This document shows positions 37,901 to 50,339 of a DNA stretch of 64,000 nucleotides, piece after piece (position 1 is the stretch's first letter; each line of letters starts with the position of its first letter). The notes under the pieces are model-generated. The model saw only the letters and a program-made list of their open reading frames with translations. It had not been told where the DNA came from and did no database searches. This DNA is from Anaeramoeba ignava BMAN (lineage: Eukaryota > Protista > Anaeramoebae). Location of the stretch: assembly GCA_028826165.1 (NCBI GenBank), contig JAPDFW010000102.1, forward strand, positions 62,001-126,000. The letters are read 5' to 3'. Both the position numbers and the translations under genes were made by a program.

Positions 37901-40900
37901 GAAAAAAAAAATAATTTTTTAAATTTTCATTATAATTATAATTATAATTATTATGAAAAAATAGAAAAACAAACATTCTAATTAAAAGAAAAAAAAATTA
38001 TAAAATTATATATAAAACAAAAAACATAAACAAATATTTTTTTTACCATCTAAATAAAATTAAATTTAATTAAATATTTCCAATTTGAATTTCAATTAAA
38101 ATGATAAAAATGCATACATCTTTTAATTTTGTATTTGCAGAGGAAACCAATAAAGTATCTATTAAATCATATTGTTTGGTTTTACAAATATAATGAAGAG
38201 GAGTTGAATTCTAATAAAAAAAAGGAAATTTTTTTTTAAAAAAAAACCTTTGTTAAAAATCTAAAAAAAAATATTTAAATTACATCCTTAAAAAAAAGAA
38301 AAGAAAAATTAATAAAATTAAAATGAAAAATTAAATCAAATTTACTTTCTAAAATGAAATGAAAATAAATAAATTTATGAAATAATTTCCAATTTTTTTT
38401 TCTCTCTTACATTTTGAGCATTTATATCTGCTCCTGAACTTAAAATCAATTCTAATATAGATTTTTCAACTTTATTCATACAAAGAAGATGAAGAGGAGT
38501 AAATTTCTAAATGGATAAAAAATTCAAATTAATAAATTAACAATATTTAATCTAATAAAAATAATATCAAACATCCTAAAATTTAAAAAGAAATTTGATT
38601 AGAATCTAAAAGGAAAATAAATTAAAAATTAAATACATTCTATTAAATCAATTAATAAAATTAAAATTAAGAAAAAAAACTTTCTTTCATTGTTTTTATT
38701 TTATTACATTTTTTATATTTAATTTTGCACCCTTTTTTATTAATAATTTAATAATTTCAGAATTTGGATGATAATATAAGCTTGGATCTGTTAAATTTGC
38801 ATCCTAAAAAAAAATTAAAATGATTAATAATAATTTAATTCAAAATATTTCCAAAAAAAAAGAAAAAAATTTTTTTGTACAATTCTATTTTTAGAAGGAT
38901 CAAAACAACAAATATCTCCATGTTTAGGAAAAAAAGCAGATGCAAAATGAAATGGAGTATTTTCCTAATTTTTTAATAACAAATAAAAATCAAAATAAAA
39001 ATCAAAATCAAAATCAAAATCAAAATCAAAACGATTATTTTTTACACTCTAAAATTAAAAACAGAAATAAATTTTCTTAATGAATATATTCAAAAAAAAA
39101 AGAAAAGGAATGATTATTTAAATATTTACATTCTAAATAATAAAATATAAAATGAATTTTTCTTTTTTTTTTTAAATGATAATAATTTTATTTGAATAAT
39201 TTACATCTTGAATATTTAGATCTGAACCCAAAGTAAGTAAAGATTGAATAACAGAAACATCTACTTTAAATAAGCAAGCGATATGTAATGGAGTACGTCC
39301 CTTAAATTTTTTTATTAAAAACAAGATGAGAATATTTTTAATTTAATTTTTAATTTTTATTTTTATTTACATACTAAAATTATTTAAGGAAATTATATTT
39401 AAATATTTAATTTTATACATAAATTTTAAAGCGTAATATTACGTTCTAAATTAGAAAAATTTTAATTTTAATTTTAATTTTAATTTTAATTTTAAAGAAA
39501 AATAATTGAAAATTATTACATTTTGAGAATTAGGATTTGGACCTGCTTTTTCAATAATTTCGAAAATTTCTTTATTTTGTGAGTATTGAACTGCATAATG
39601 TAATGGTGTATTTCCCTGTATTTTGAAGTATTTCATTTACAATTTTATTAATAATTTTATATATAATTTTATAAATAATTTTATAATTAATTTTATAAAT
39701 AATTATATAAATAATTTTATAAATAATTTAATAAATAATTTTATAAATAATTTTATAAATAATTTTATAAATAATTTTATAAATAATTTAATAAATAATT
39801 TTATAATTAATTATATAAATAATTTTATAAATAATTTTATAATTTATAAATAATTTTATATTTAATTTTATAAATAATTTTATAAATAATTTTATAATTA
39901 ATTTTATAAATAATTTTTATAAATAATTTTATATTTAATTTTATAAATAATTTTATAATTAATTTTATAAATAATTTTATATTTAATTTTATAATTTTTA
40001 TTAATTTTATAAATAATTTTATAAATAATTTTTATATTTAATTTTATAAAAAATTTTATAAATTTTTTATAAATAATTTTTATAAAATAATTTTATAATT
40101 AATTTTATAAGTAATTTTATAAATAATTTTATAAATAATTTTATATATAATTTTATATTTAATTTTATAAATAATTTTATAAATAATTTTATAAATAATT
40201 TTATAAATAATTTTATAAATAATTTTATAAATAATTTTATAAATAATTTTATAAATAATTTTATAAATAATTATAAATAATTTTATAAATAATTTTATAA
40301 ATAATTTAATAAATAATTTTATAAATAATTTAATAAATAATTTTATAAATAATTTAATAATTAATTTAATAATTAATTTTATATTTAATTTTATATTTAA
40401 TTTTTATATTTTATTTTCAATAATTTAATAACTAATTTTATAAATAAATTTTTATAAATAATTTTATAAATAATTTAATAAATAATTTTTTATAAAATAA
40501 TTTTAATTTAATTTTTAATAAATATAATTTTATATTTAAATTTTTTAATTATTTAATTTTATAAATAATTTTATAATTAATTTTATAATTAATTTTATAA
40601 ATAATTTTATAAAATAATTTTATAAATAATTTTATAAATAATTTTTAAATAATTTTATAAAATAATTTTATAAATAATTTTATAAATAATTTTTATAAAT
40701 AATTTTATAAATAATTTTTAAATAATTTTATAAATAATTTTATAAATAATTTTTATAAATAATTTAATAACTAATTTTATAAATAATTTTATATTTAATT
40801 TTATAAATAATTTTATATTTAATTTTATAAATAATTTTATAAATAATTTTATAAATAATTTTATAAAATAATTTTATAAAATAATTTTATATTTAATTTT

Positions 40901-42144
40901 AAATAATTTTATAAATAATTTTATAAATAATTTAATAAATAATTTTATAAATAATTTAATAAATAATTTTTTATTTAATTTAATAATTAATTTAATAATT
41001 AATTTTATAAATAATTTTATAAATAAATAAATTTTATAAATAATTTTATAAATAATTTTATAAATAATTTTATATTTAATTTTATAATTAATTTAATTTT
41101 ATAAATAATTTTATAAATAATTTTATAAATAATTTTATAAATAATTTTATAATTAATTTTATAATTAATTTTATAATTAATTTTATAAATAATTTTATAT
41201 ATAATTTTATTAATAATTTTATTAATAATTTGATAAATAATTTTATTAATAATTTTATAAATAATTTTATAATTAATTTGATAAATAATTTATAATTAAT
41301 TTAATAATTAATTTTATAAATAATTTTATAAATAATTTTATAAATAATTTTATAAATAATTTTATATTTAAATAATTAATTTTATAATTAATTTTATAAT
41401 TAATTTTATAATTAATTTTATAATTAATTTTTAAATAATTTTATATATAATTTTTAATAATTTTATTAATAAATAAATAATTTTATAATAATTTTTTAAA
41501 TAATTTTATAAATAATTTTATAAATAATTTTTATAAATAATTTTATTAATAATTTGATAAATAATTTTATTAATAATTTTATAAAATAATTTTATAAATA
41601 ATTTTATAAATAATTTTATAATTAATTTTATAAATAATTTTATAAATAATTTTATATATAATTTTATAAATAATTTTATAAATAATTTTATAAATAATTT
41701 TATAAATAATTTTATTAATAATTTTATAAATAATTTTATAAATAATTTTATAATTAATTTTATAAATAATTTTATAATTAATTTTATATTTAATTTTATA
41801 ATTAAATTTTGATAGATTTATTTGCTAAAATTTATTTTTTGTTTAAAAAAAAACTGACATTCTAAATTAGAAAGTTGATCAACAATTTTTAAAAAAGAAA
41901 GAAAGAAAAAAAAAAATTAAAATAAAATTAAATTATAAAAAAAAAAGAGGAAATTCGATAAAAATTACTTTCTAAAAAAATTTTTTTTCAATAACAAAAA
42001 TTTAAATAAAAAATAAAAGAAAATTAAAATTTATTTTTTTACATCAACTTTATTAAGTTGCCCTTTTTTTTTCCAAACAGTTGGTTTAAGTCTTTTTTTA
42101 ATTTGTTCGATATCATTTTGTTCGATTGCTCGAAAAATTGACAT
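34927..42144 (-). CDS. Ankyrin-repeat (about 10 repeats) + TKL (Raf/MAP3K-like) protein kinase with 22 single-codon microexons
   Basis: Large exons 42144-42043, 39615-39520, 39300-39205, 38964-38881, 38803-38708, 38506-38411, 38210-38118, 37896-37801, 37578-~37477, 37184-37086, 36821-36723, 36339-36244, 36012-34927. Kinase motifs VAVMKL, HRDLKSPN, DFG, GTFNWMAPE. Confidence 0.88.
36342..36580. repeat. Intronic 18-bp tandem repeat (TTTTAATTTCAAAATGAA)n
   Basis: About 13 near-perfect units between a microexon and an ankyrin exon. Confidence 0.9.
39640..41810. repeat. 2.2-kb intronic (TAAATAATTTTA)n satellite
   Basis: Direct reading; lies between microexon 41859 and exon 39615. Confidence 0.9.
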
Positions 42145-42592
42145 TGTATTAAAATTAAAATTAAAATGAAAATTAAAAAGAAAAAGAAAAAGAAAAAGAA
42201 AAAAATGAAAAAAATGAAAAAAAAAGTTGAAAAAATTTTTTTTTGTTTTTTTTTTTAATTTTCTTTTGAAAGCAAATTTTTAACAAAAAAGATCAAAAGA
42301 AAAATAAAATAAAATCAAATTTAGTTTTAATTTAGTTTAGATCTGTTTGAGATTTCAATTTTTTCATTTAGATCTTTGTTTAAAAAAAAAATAAAAGATC
42401 TTTTATTTAAAATCAAAATTAAAAATTAAAATCAAAATCTAAATCTAAATCAAAATCAAAATCTAAATTAAAATTAAAATCTAAATTAAAATCAATTTAA
42501 TTTAATTTAATCATAAAAATTTATTTGAATTCTTTTTGAGAAAAAAATTCTGGATTCAAAAAAAAAATAAGAAAAAGAAAAATATTTTGGAA

Positions 42593-43342
42593 TTATTGAA
42601 AATTAATCAACCGATAATAAAATAAACTCAAAGCATTTGATAAAACTTGTGGACCAATACGTGGTTGATTAATAGGTGGATTGTCAGGATGTTTTTTATG
42701 ACCATGTTTATGTCCATGTTTATGTCCATGTTTGTGTTTATGTTCATGTCTGTGTTTATGTTTATCTTTGTCTTTGTCTTTGTCTTTGTCTTTGTCTTTG
42801 TGTTTGTGTTTGTGTTTGTGTTTATGTCCATGTTTGTGTTTATGTTCTTTTTCTTGTTCTTTTTCTTGTTCTTGTTCTTTTTCTTGTTCTTTTTCTTGTT
42901 CTTTTTCTTGTTGATGCCTGTGTTTATTTTCCATGTTTATGTTTTTTTTTTTGGTTATCATCTTTTCTTTCCACTTTTTTTTTTTCTTTTTTTTCCACTT
43001 TTTTTTCTTCTTCTTTTTTTTCTTCTTCAATTTTTTTTGCTTTTTCTTCTTTATTTTCTTTTGGATAATTTGGATTCTTTATTTAATTAAAAATTAAAAA
43101 TTAAAAATTAAAAAATTAAAAATTAAAAATTAAAAATTAAAAATTAAAAATTAAATAATAAAATATTTTTAAAAAAATACTTCTTTATGAACACATTTTG
43201 CTGAACAAATTGAACAACTTTTCTTACCGTCTTTTTTATTAACTCCTTTACAATGTGGTCTTCTACAAAAAATGTGTTTGTCGTCTTTTTCACATTGAAA
43301 ATAACCTTTTTTAATAACTTTTTTACAAGAATAACAAATCAT
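42593..43342 (-). CDS. Small RING-like (C3HC4) protein with K/E/H-rich low-complexity tail
   Basis: Exon 1 MICYSC..FQCEKDDKHIFCRRPHC..SCSIC; second exon has (EKEQ)n, (HK)n, (DK)n; frame uncertain in A-runs. Confidence 0.55.
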
Positions 43343-43557
43343 TTTAATTTTAAAAAATAAAAAAAAAAGAAAAAAATGAAAATCCATTTTTTAAAAAATA
43401 AAAAAAATTTTAAATAAAAAAAAGGAAAAAAAAAAAAGGAAAAATAAAAATTTTAAAAAGTTAATTATTTTTATTAAATCAAATTGGAAATCAAAAATTA
43501 AAAAAAGAAATCAAAAAGAAAAAAAATGTTTTGAAAATTTCAAATTATGAACACTTT

Positions 43558-46500
43558 TCAATTAATGTTTTGAGAAACAATTTGAATTGAATCTTCAAAT
43601 GATTTTGAAATGAAAGAAAAATTCTGAAAATAATCATTTTCATTTTCATTTTCATTTTCATTTTCATTTTGTTTTTCATTTTCATTTATCAACATTGGGA
43701 AATGAATTTTTTCAATTTCTTCATTAACATTAATTGAACTAAGTTTTGGATAATAATCTTCATTCTGAAAAACATCAATCTATTTAAAATATAAAATATA
43801 AAATTTTAAATTATATTTTAAATTATATTTTAAATTATATTTTAAATTATATTTACTTCAGGAATAATTGGAGGTTTTGTTTTTGTTGTAAGAAATCGAG
43901 AAAAATTAATTCCTTTAAAAAATGGATGTGATTTAATTTCTTCAAATCCATTTATACCAAGTCTTTCATTTGGATTTTTTTTTAATAAACCACGAATTAA
44001 TGATTTGGAATGTTTTCTTATATAAGAAGGAAATTCAATATTTGACTAATTACATGAAAGGAAATGAAGTTAAAAAAAAATAAATGATAAATTTTCTGTC
44101 TTGTTTTTGGTTTTTTTTTACCTGAATTATTTTTGATTTAATTTCATTTTGATTTGATGAATAAAAAGGTGTTGTTTTTGTCAAAATTTCAAAAAATAAA
44201 ATCCCAAAAGACCACAAATCAACAGCTTTTCCTTCTTTTTCTCCTTGTAAAATTTCAGGTGCAAGATATTGTTCATTTTCATAAAATATTTCTGTTTTTT
44301 CTTCTTGAATTTTTTTATCATCAACCAAATTTACTTTTCTTGATTTTGAAAAATCAATTAACTTTATATGACCTTCTGAATCAAGGAGAATATTTTTTGG
44401 ATTTAAATTTCTATATGTTATATCATTTGAATGAAGATGTTCTAAAGCTAATAATATTTCTGCTAAATAAAATCTTGCTATTGATTCCTTTGCTTTTTGA
44501 GTTTTTTCTTGTTTTGAATTTCTAATTTTTTTTTTAAAAAAAATTTAAAAAAATTGAAGAAAAATTAAAAAAAATAAAAATTCGAATACTTTTCGATATT
44601 ATATATTAATTCTCCTCCTGAAACATAATCAAGAATAAAAAACAACTTTGTTTTATTTTGGAAAGAGGCATGAAGTTTTACGATAAAAGGATGATTAATT
44701 GTGGAAAGTATATCATTTTCTAAAATGGTGTTTGAAATTTCATTATTTTTAATCAAACAACTTTTATCTAGAAATTTCATAGCATAAATTTTTTGATTTA
44801 TTTTATCCTGAACTTGAATCACCTTAAATTTTTAATAATTAAAATGAATAAAACAATTTTTTTTGTTGATTTCTTGTTTTTGGGAATTTTTCTTGTTTGA
44901 ATTTACTTTCCCACATTTTGCTTCTCCAATAACATTAAGTAAATCAAATAAATCTAATTCTAATTCTAATTTTGTATTTGTATTTGTATTTGTATTTATA
45001 TTTGTATTTGATTGTTCATTCTGTTAAAAAAAAAGTATTAGAAAAAAAATTAGAAAATGAATAACTGCTTGAAATATTAAATAAAAATACTTGATTTTTT
45101 TGTGTTTCTATTTGCTCATTTTGATTTTCTTCTTCTTCTTTTTCTTTTTTAAAATTGTTATTTGGAATTTTTGATGATTCAGTTATTTGTGATTCTGGAT
45201 TAAGTAATTTTCCTAGATTTAATAGATTAAAAGCATCAATTATTCGTTCAAATTGGTGTTGATCTTGACATTCAAATTTGATTTTATGCAATGCAGTTAA
45301 AACCAATCCTTCATGGTTTGATTGAATTTTTTGGATACTATAAAAAATTTTTGTTTTGAATTTTTCATGTAAATGGATAAATTCTTTTGTTTTGTTTTTT
45401 TTTTTTTTTTCTGATTCGATTTGATTTGAAAAATACTTATAAATATATTTTGGTTCTAAAAACCAACGTGTTTTATTTCCACTTAAATTACTGCAACCAG
45501 CACGAGATAAATTCATAATTCTAAAAAAAAGAAAAAAAAAAGAATGATAATTTATTAGATTATTTTTTTTTTATTCCTAAAATTTTACCTTTTTTGTTTT
45601 TTTCCATAAGAATTAATTTTAATAACTCGAAATTTTCTTAAATCTCCAGTATGTTTAATGTTTTTTTGTCTGCTTGATTTCCAAAATGATCTTGATTTTG
45701 ATGCTCTTGTTTGATTCCAATTACTTACTGTTTGTTTTTGTTCCTTTTCTTTTTCTTTTTCATTTTCGTTTTCTTTTTCATTTTCTTTTTCTTTTTTCAT
45801 TTTCTTTTTCAATATTTTGTTCTTTTTCAAAATGAACGATTGTTTGTTTATTTTTTGGTCCAGATCTATAATTTTATTAATAATTTTATTTATTTTATAA
45901 TTTAATTTATAATTTAATTTATTTAGAAATTAATAATTTTATTTATAATTTTAATTATTTATAATTTAATTTATAATTTTATTTATAATTTTAATTTATA
46001 ATTTAATTTATAATTTTATTTATAATTTTATTTATAATTTAATTTATTATTTTATTTATAATTTAATTTATAATTTAATTTATAATTTTATTTATAATTT
46101 TATTTATAATTTTATTTATAATTTTATTTATTTTATAATTTAATTTATAATTTTAATTATTTAGAAATTTATAATTTAATTTATAATTTTATTTATAATT
46201 TAATTTATAATTTTATTTATAATTTTATTTATAATTTAATTTATAATTTTATTTTAATATTATTTATAATTTAATTTATAATTTTTATTTATAATTTAAT
46301 TTATAATTTTATTTATAATTTAATTTTATAATTTAATTTTAATTTTATTTATAATTTTAATTTATTATTTAATTTATAATTTTATTTATAATTTTATTTA
46401 TAATTTTTATTTATAATTTTATTTATAATTTTATTTATAATTTTATTTATAATTTAATTTATAATTTTATTTATAATTTTATTTATAATTTAATTTATAA

Positions 46501-47424
46501 TTTAATTTATAATTTTATTTATAATTTTGTTTATAATTTAATTTATAATTTTAATTTATAATTTTATTTATAATTTAATTTATAATTATTTATAATTTTA
46601 TTTAAAATTTAATTTATAATTTTATTTATAATTTAATTTATAATTTAATTTATAATTTTATTTATAATTTTATTTATAATTTAATTTATAATTTATTTAT
46701 AATTTAATTTATAATTTTATTTATAATTTAATTTATAATTTAATTTATAATTTAATTTATAATTTATTTATAATTTTATTTATAATTTTATTTATAATTT
46801 AATTTATAATTTTATTTATAATTTTTATTTATAATTTAATTTATAATTTTATTTATAATTTTATTTATAATTTTTATTTATAATTTAATTTATATTTTTA
46901 TTTATAATTTTATTTATAATTTAATTTATTATTTTAATTATTTATAGAAATTTATAATTTTATTTATAATTTTATTTATAATTTTATTTATAATTTTATT
47001 TATAATTTTAATTTATAATTTTATTTATAATTTAATTTATAATTTTATTTATAATTTTATTTATAATTTTATTTATAATTTATTTATAATTTTATTTATA
47101 ATTTTATTTATAATTTTATTTATAATTTTATTTATAATTTAATTTATAATTTAATTTATAATTTTATTTATAATTTTATTTATAATTTTATTTATAATTT
47201 TATTTATAATTTAATTTAGAATTTAATTAATAATTTGAGTTGGAAAATTGTTGGAAATTTAAATGAAAATTAAGCTGGGAAATTGCTTTTAAAAAAAATT
47301 AATTGTAAAAATTCGAAAATTATTACGTTTGACGTCTAGGTTTATTAGAAATATTTATTTGAGTTTGATTTTGTGGGTGATAAATTGTTTTACTTTTTTG
47401 TTTTCCAATTTTTGAATTATCCAT
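43558..47424 (-). CDS. AGC-family (SGK/PKB/S6K-like) pseudokinase with N-terminal PH-like segment
   Basis: KIYAMKFLDK, HPFIVKLHASFQ, LDYVSGGEL, YLAPEIL, AVDLWSFG, IKSHPFFKGI, hydrophobic motif FQNFSF. Catalytic loop reads YRNLNPKN and DFG reads DFS. 5' exon (ATG 47424) tentative. Confidence 0.8.
45870..47225. repeat. (TTTATAATTTTA)n satellite, probably intronic
   Basis: Direct reading. Confidence 0.85.
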
Positions 47425-47826
47425 TTTATTTTTATTTTAATTTAAAAAAGAAATAAAGAAAGAAGAAAAAAAAAATGAGAAAAAAAAATGAAATTAATTA
47501 ATTTCTCCTTTTTTATTTTTTATTTTTTTTATTTTTTTATTTTTATTTTTCTCCTTTTTTATTTGATTAAAAAAAAGAGATAAAAGAAAAAACCTTAATT
47601 ATGTCATTATTTATAAATAATAGAGAAAAATAACAAATAATTTATATTAATTTTATTTACAATTATAAAAGAACCAAACAAAAAAAAATTTTTTAATTCA
47701 CTTTTTCTTTTTCTTTTTTCTCTTTTTCTTTTTTCTTTTCTCTTTTTTAATAAACTTTTTTTTATTTTTTTACTTTTTTCTTTCTTTCTTTTCAAATTAA
47801 AAAAAAAAATTTTAATAAAAATTAAA

Positions 47827-49174
47827 ATGGATTTATTTACAAATCATTCTAACTTTTTTTCTTTTAATAATTTCGCTTTTGATACAACAAAAGAAGAATC
47901 CATTTTCGAAAATTTATCAACAACAAACACAAATTTTTTTTCAAATTCGCAACAAAATGAAGAAAGTAAATCTGATTCTTATTGTTTAAAAGCATGCCGA
48001 CAAGAAAATCCAAACAAAAAAAATCAAACAGAAAAAAAAAGCAAAAATTTAATTCAAAAGAACCAAATTATAAAAAATTTAAATGAAGATAAAAAGATTT
48101 TTTTTGATGATTTGGAAGATGTTTCTTTGTTTTCAAATCAATCGCCTCATTTCGATAAATTTGACTTCTTTGAAAACCTTTTTGATTTTCACTCACAATT
48201 TAATGATCCTGTTAGAAATGTTTCTGATTTCAATTCCAATTCATTTTTTGTTAATTCTTTTGGATCTGAATTTGAGAAATCAATGAATCAAAATCAAAAT
48301 CAAAATCAAAATCAAAATCAAAATCAAAATCAAAATTTAAATCAAAATCAATTTCAAAATCAAAATCAATTTCAAAATTTAAATCAAAATCAATTTCAAA
48401 ATCAAAATCAATTTCAAAATCAAAATCAATTTCAAAATCAAAATCAATTTCAAAATCAATTTCAAAATCAAAATCAAAATCAAAATCAAAAAAATTCAAA
48501 ATCAAAATCAAAATCAAAATCAAAATCAAAATCATCAAAAAAAGAACAACAAAAAAAGAAAAAAAATGAATCGTTTAAAAAAATTTGAAAAAGAACAAAT
48601 TCAAATCAATCAAAATCCACTTAATCAATTACCAATTCTTGATCAATCAGAAAAACAAACAGTTCATCAAATTTCTTTCCAAACAAGATCACACATTCAA
48701 ACAAGAGGACAATCAAAAGAAAATGAAATGATTTCACTTTCACCAAAAAAACCAAGAAAACAAAAAAAATACAAAACAAAAAAAAATCAAAGAACAGAAG
48801 AAATTTTTATGGATAAAATTGAACATGAATTTGAACTAGTCAACTTTTTTTCTCAAAAACCGAAACCAAGAATTGGAGAAAGACTGGATAAAATTGCCTC
48901 ATTTTACTCAGATCTTCTTGAAGGATGGAATCAATCAACATTTGCGAATTATTTGAGTCATGGAATAATTCCTGATGTTGTTAAAGTTAATAATGAAGTT
49001 TTTTGGATCATGGCTCGTGTTTCTTTTCCAAAAAGAGTTGACACTTCTTTCTACAAAAGAAAAGCTTATAATGCAAGAAGAGGTGTTTCAAAATTTCTCA
49101 AAGTTAATTTCGGTTTGGAAAATACTACTTCTTATCGACACGGTCAATTAGTTTTCGAAAAAAGTCCAAAATGA
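47827..49174 (+). CDS. Unknown QN-repeat protein with compact basic C-terminal domain (one frameshift near 48490)
   Basis: Two overlapping ORFs (47827-48588, 48566-49174) that can be joined across an A-run/NQ repeat. Confidence 0.6.
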
Positions 49175-49635
49175 TTTTTCTTTCTTTTCTTTTCTTTCTT
49201 TTCTTTCTTTTCTTTCTTTTAGCTTTTTGCTCATAATTTTGTTGTTTCCGTTTTTTTTTTTCTTTTCATTCAATCTCTTTTTTTAATATTCCACAAAAAA
49301 AAAAGATTAAAAGAAGACAAAAAAAAAATTTTTGGAATGTTTTTCTTTTAATAAAAAAAAGCAAAAAGAAAGCAAAAGGAAAGTAAAAGGAATTTGTAAT
49401 ATAAATATTTTTTTTGTATTAGAATTTAAAAGTGATGTTCAAACGGACAATTTGCATCATAACATTTTTCATTATATCTACAATCTATTTTTTAAATAAA
49501 ATATTTCAATAAATTTCATATTAATTAATAAAAATATTTCAATAAATTTCATGTTAATTAATAAAGATATCTCAATAAATTTCATGTTAATGAATAAAAT
49601 TATTTCAATAAATTTCATATTAATTAAATTTCATG

Positions 49636-50262
49636 TTAAAAAATATTTGAATAAAAACCTCTTCTTTCTGTTTTCGGTCTTTGATCCAAAAAAAAACTAT
49701 TAATTAATTCTTGTCTTGATTTTTTTCCTCGATAACTTTGTAAACATTTATCTCGATCCTTATTAGCAGGACTTGGATGACGAAAAGGACATCTTGGATC
49801 ATAACAACCTGGATGATTTGGACAAATCAAAATATCAGGAGGATGTTGATTTAAATCACGATTTTTAAGATGAGATTCACAACAACAAAACTTGTATTTC
49901 TTTAAAAAAAAGCAAATGTTTTCTCCATTTTCTAAAGGAGATTCAATTGATATTTTTTCATCTTCTTTTTCTGTTAATAAACTGGGTTTTTTTTTCACTA
50001 GTTGTATACTCTTCTCTAAATCGTCATTATAAATAATTGGTTCATATTTTACTCTACAAACTGGACATGTTGAATTTCTTTGAGTCCATGATTTCCAACA
50101 ATCATAACATAAACTATGTCCGTTTTTGCACATAACTATTTTTCCTTTATAAATTTCTGTGCTATTTTTTTTTAGATACTTTAATTTTCATTTTAATTTT
50201 CATTTTATTTGTTGTTTTGTTTTTTACCATATTTGACATTTAATTGATTCAAGTTTTTCCAT
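49636..50262 (-). CDS. RING-finger (C3HC4, SINA-like) protein with C-terminal CCCH-like zinc finger, 2 exons (50262-50228, 50161-49636)
   Basis: Spliced KCQIC..VMCKNGHSLCYDCW..TCPVCR; C-terminal CPNHPGCYDPRCPFRH. Confidence 0.8.
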
Positions 50263-50339
50263 ATTTTTATTTTTTAAAACAAGAAAAAAAATGAAAAAAA
50301 AAAAATGAAAAAAAAGGAAAAAAAATTTGAAAACAAAAT

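Larger units (their letters stand above)
36093..41971 (-). other. 22 three-nucleotide microexons (11 pairs) of the ANK-TKL gene
   Basis: Plus-strand AC-NNN-CT (lowest coordinate of codon): 41969 K, 41859 N; 39443 N, 39371 Y; 39130 N, 39046 S; 38637 N, 38573 D; 38346 K, 38284 D; 38047 M, 37975 N; 37736 R, 37643 N; 37346 Y, 37270 F; 36985 N, 36914 Y; 36660 M, 36585 S; 36162 T, 36093 N. Confidence 0.87.

Noticed and set aside
42628-43090. Cys- or Phe-rich ORFs on other frames
   Set aside because: Shadows of the low-complexity K/H/E-rich exon on the minus strand.
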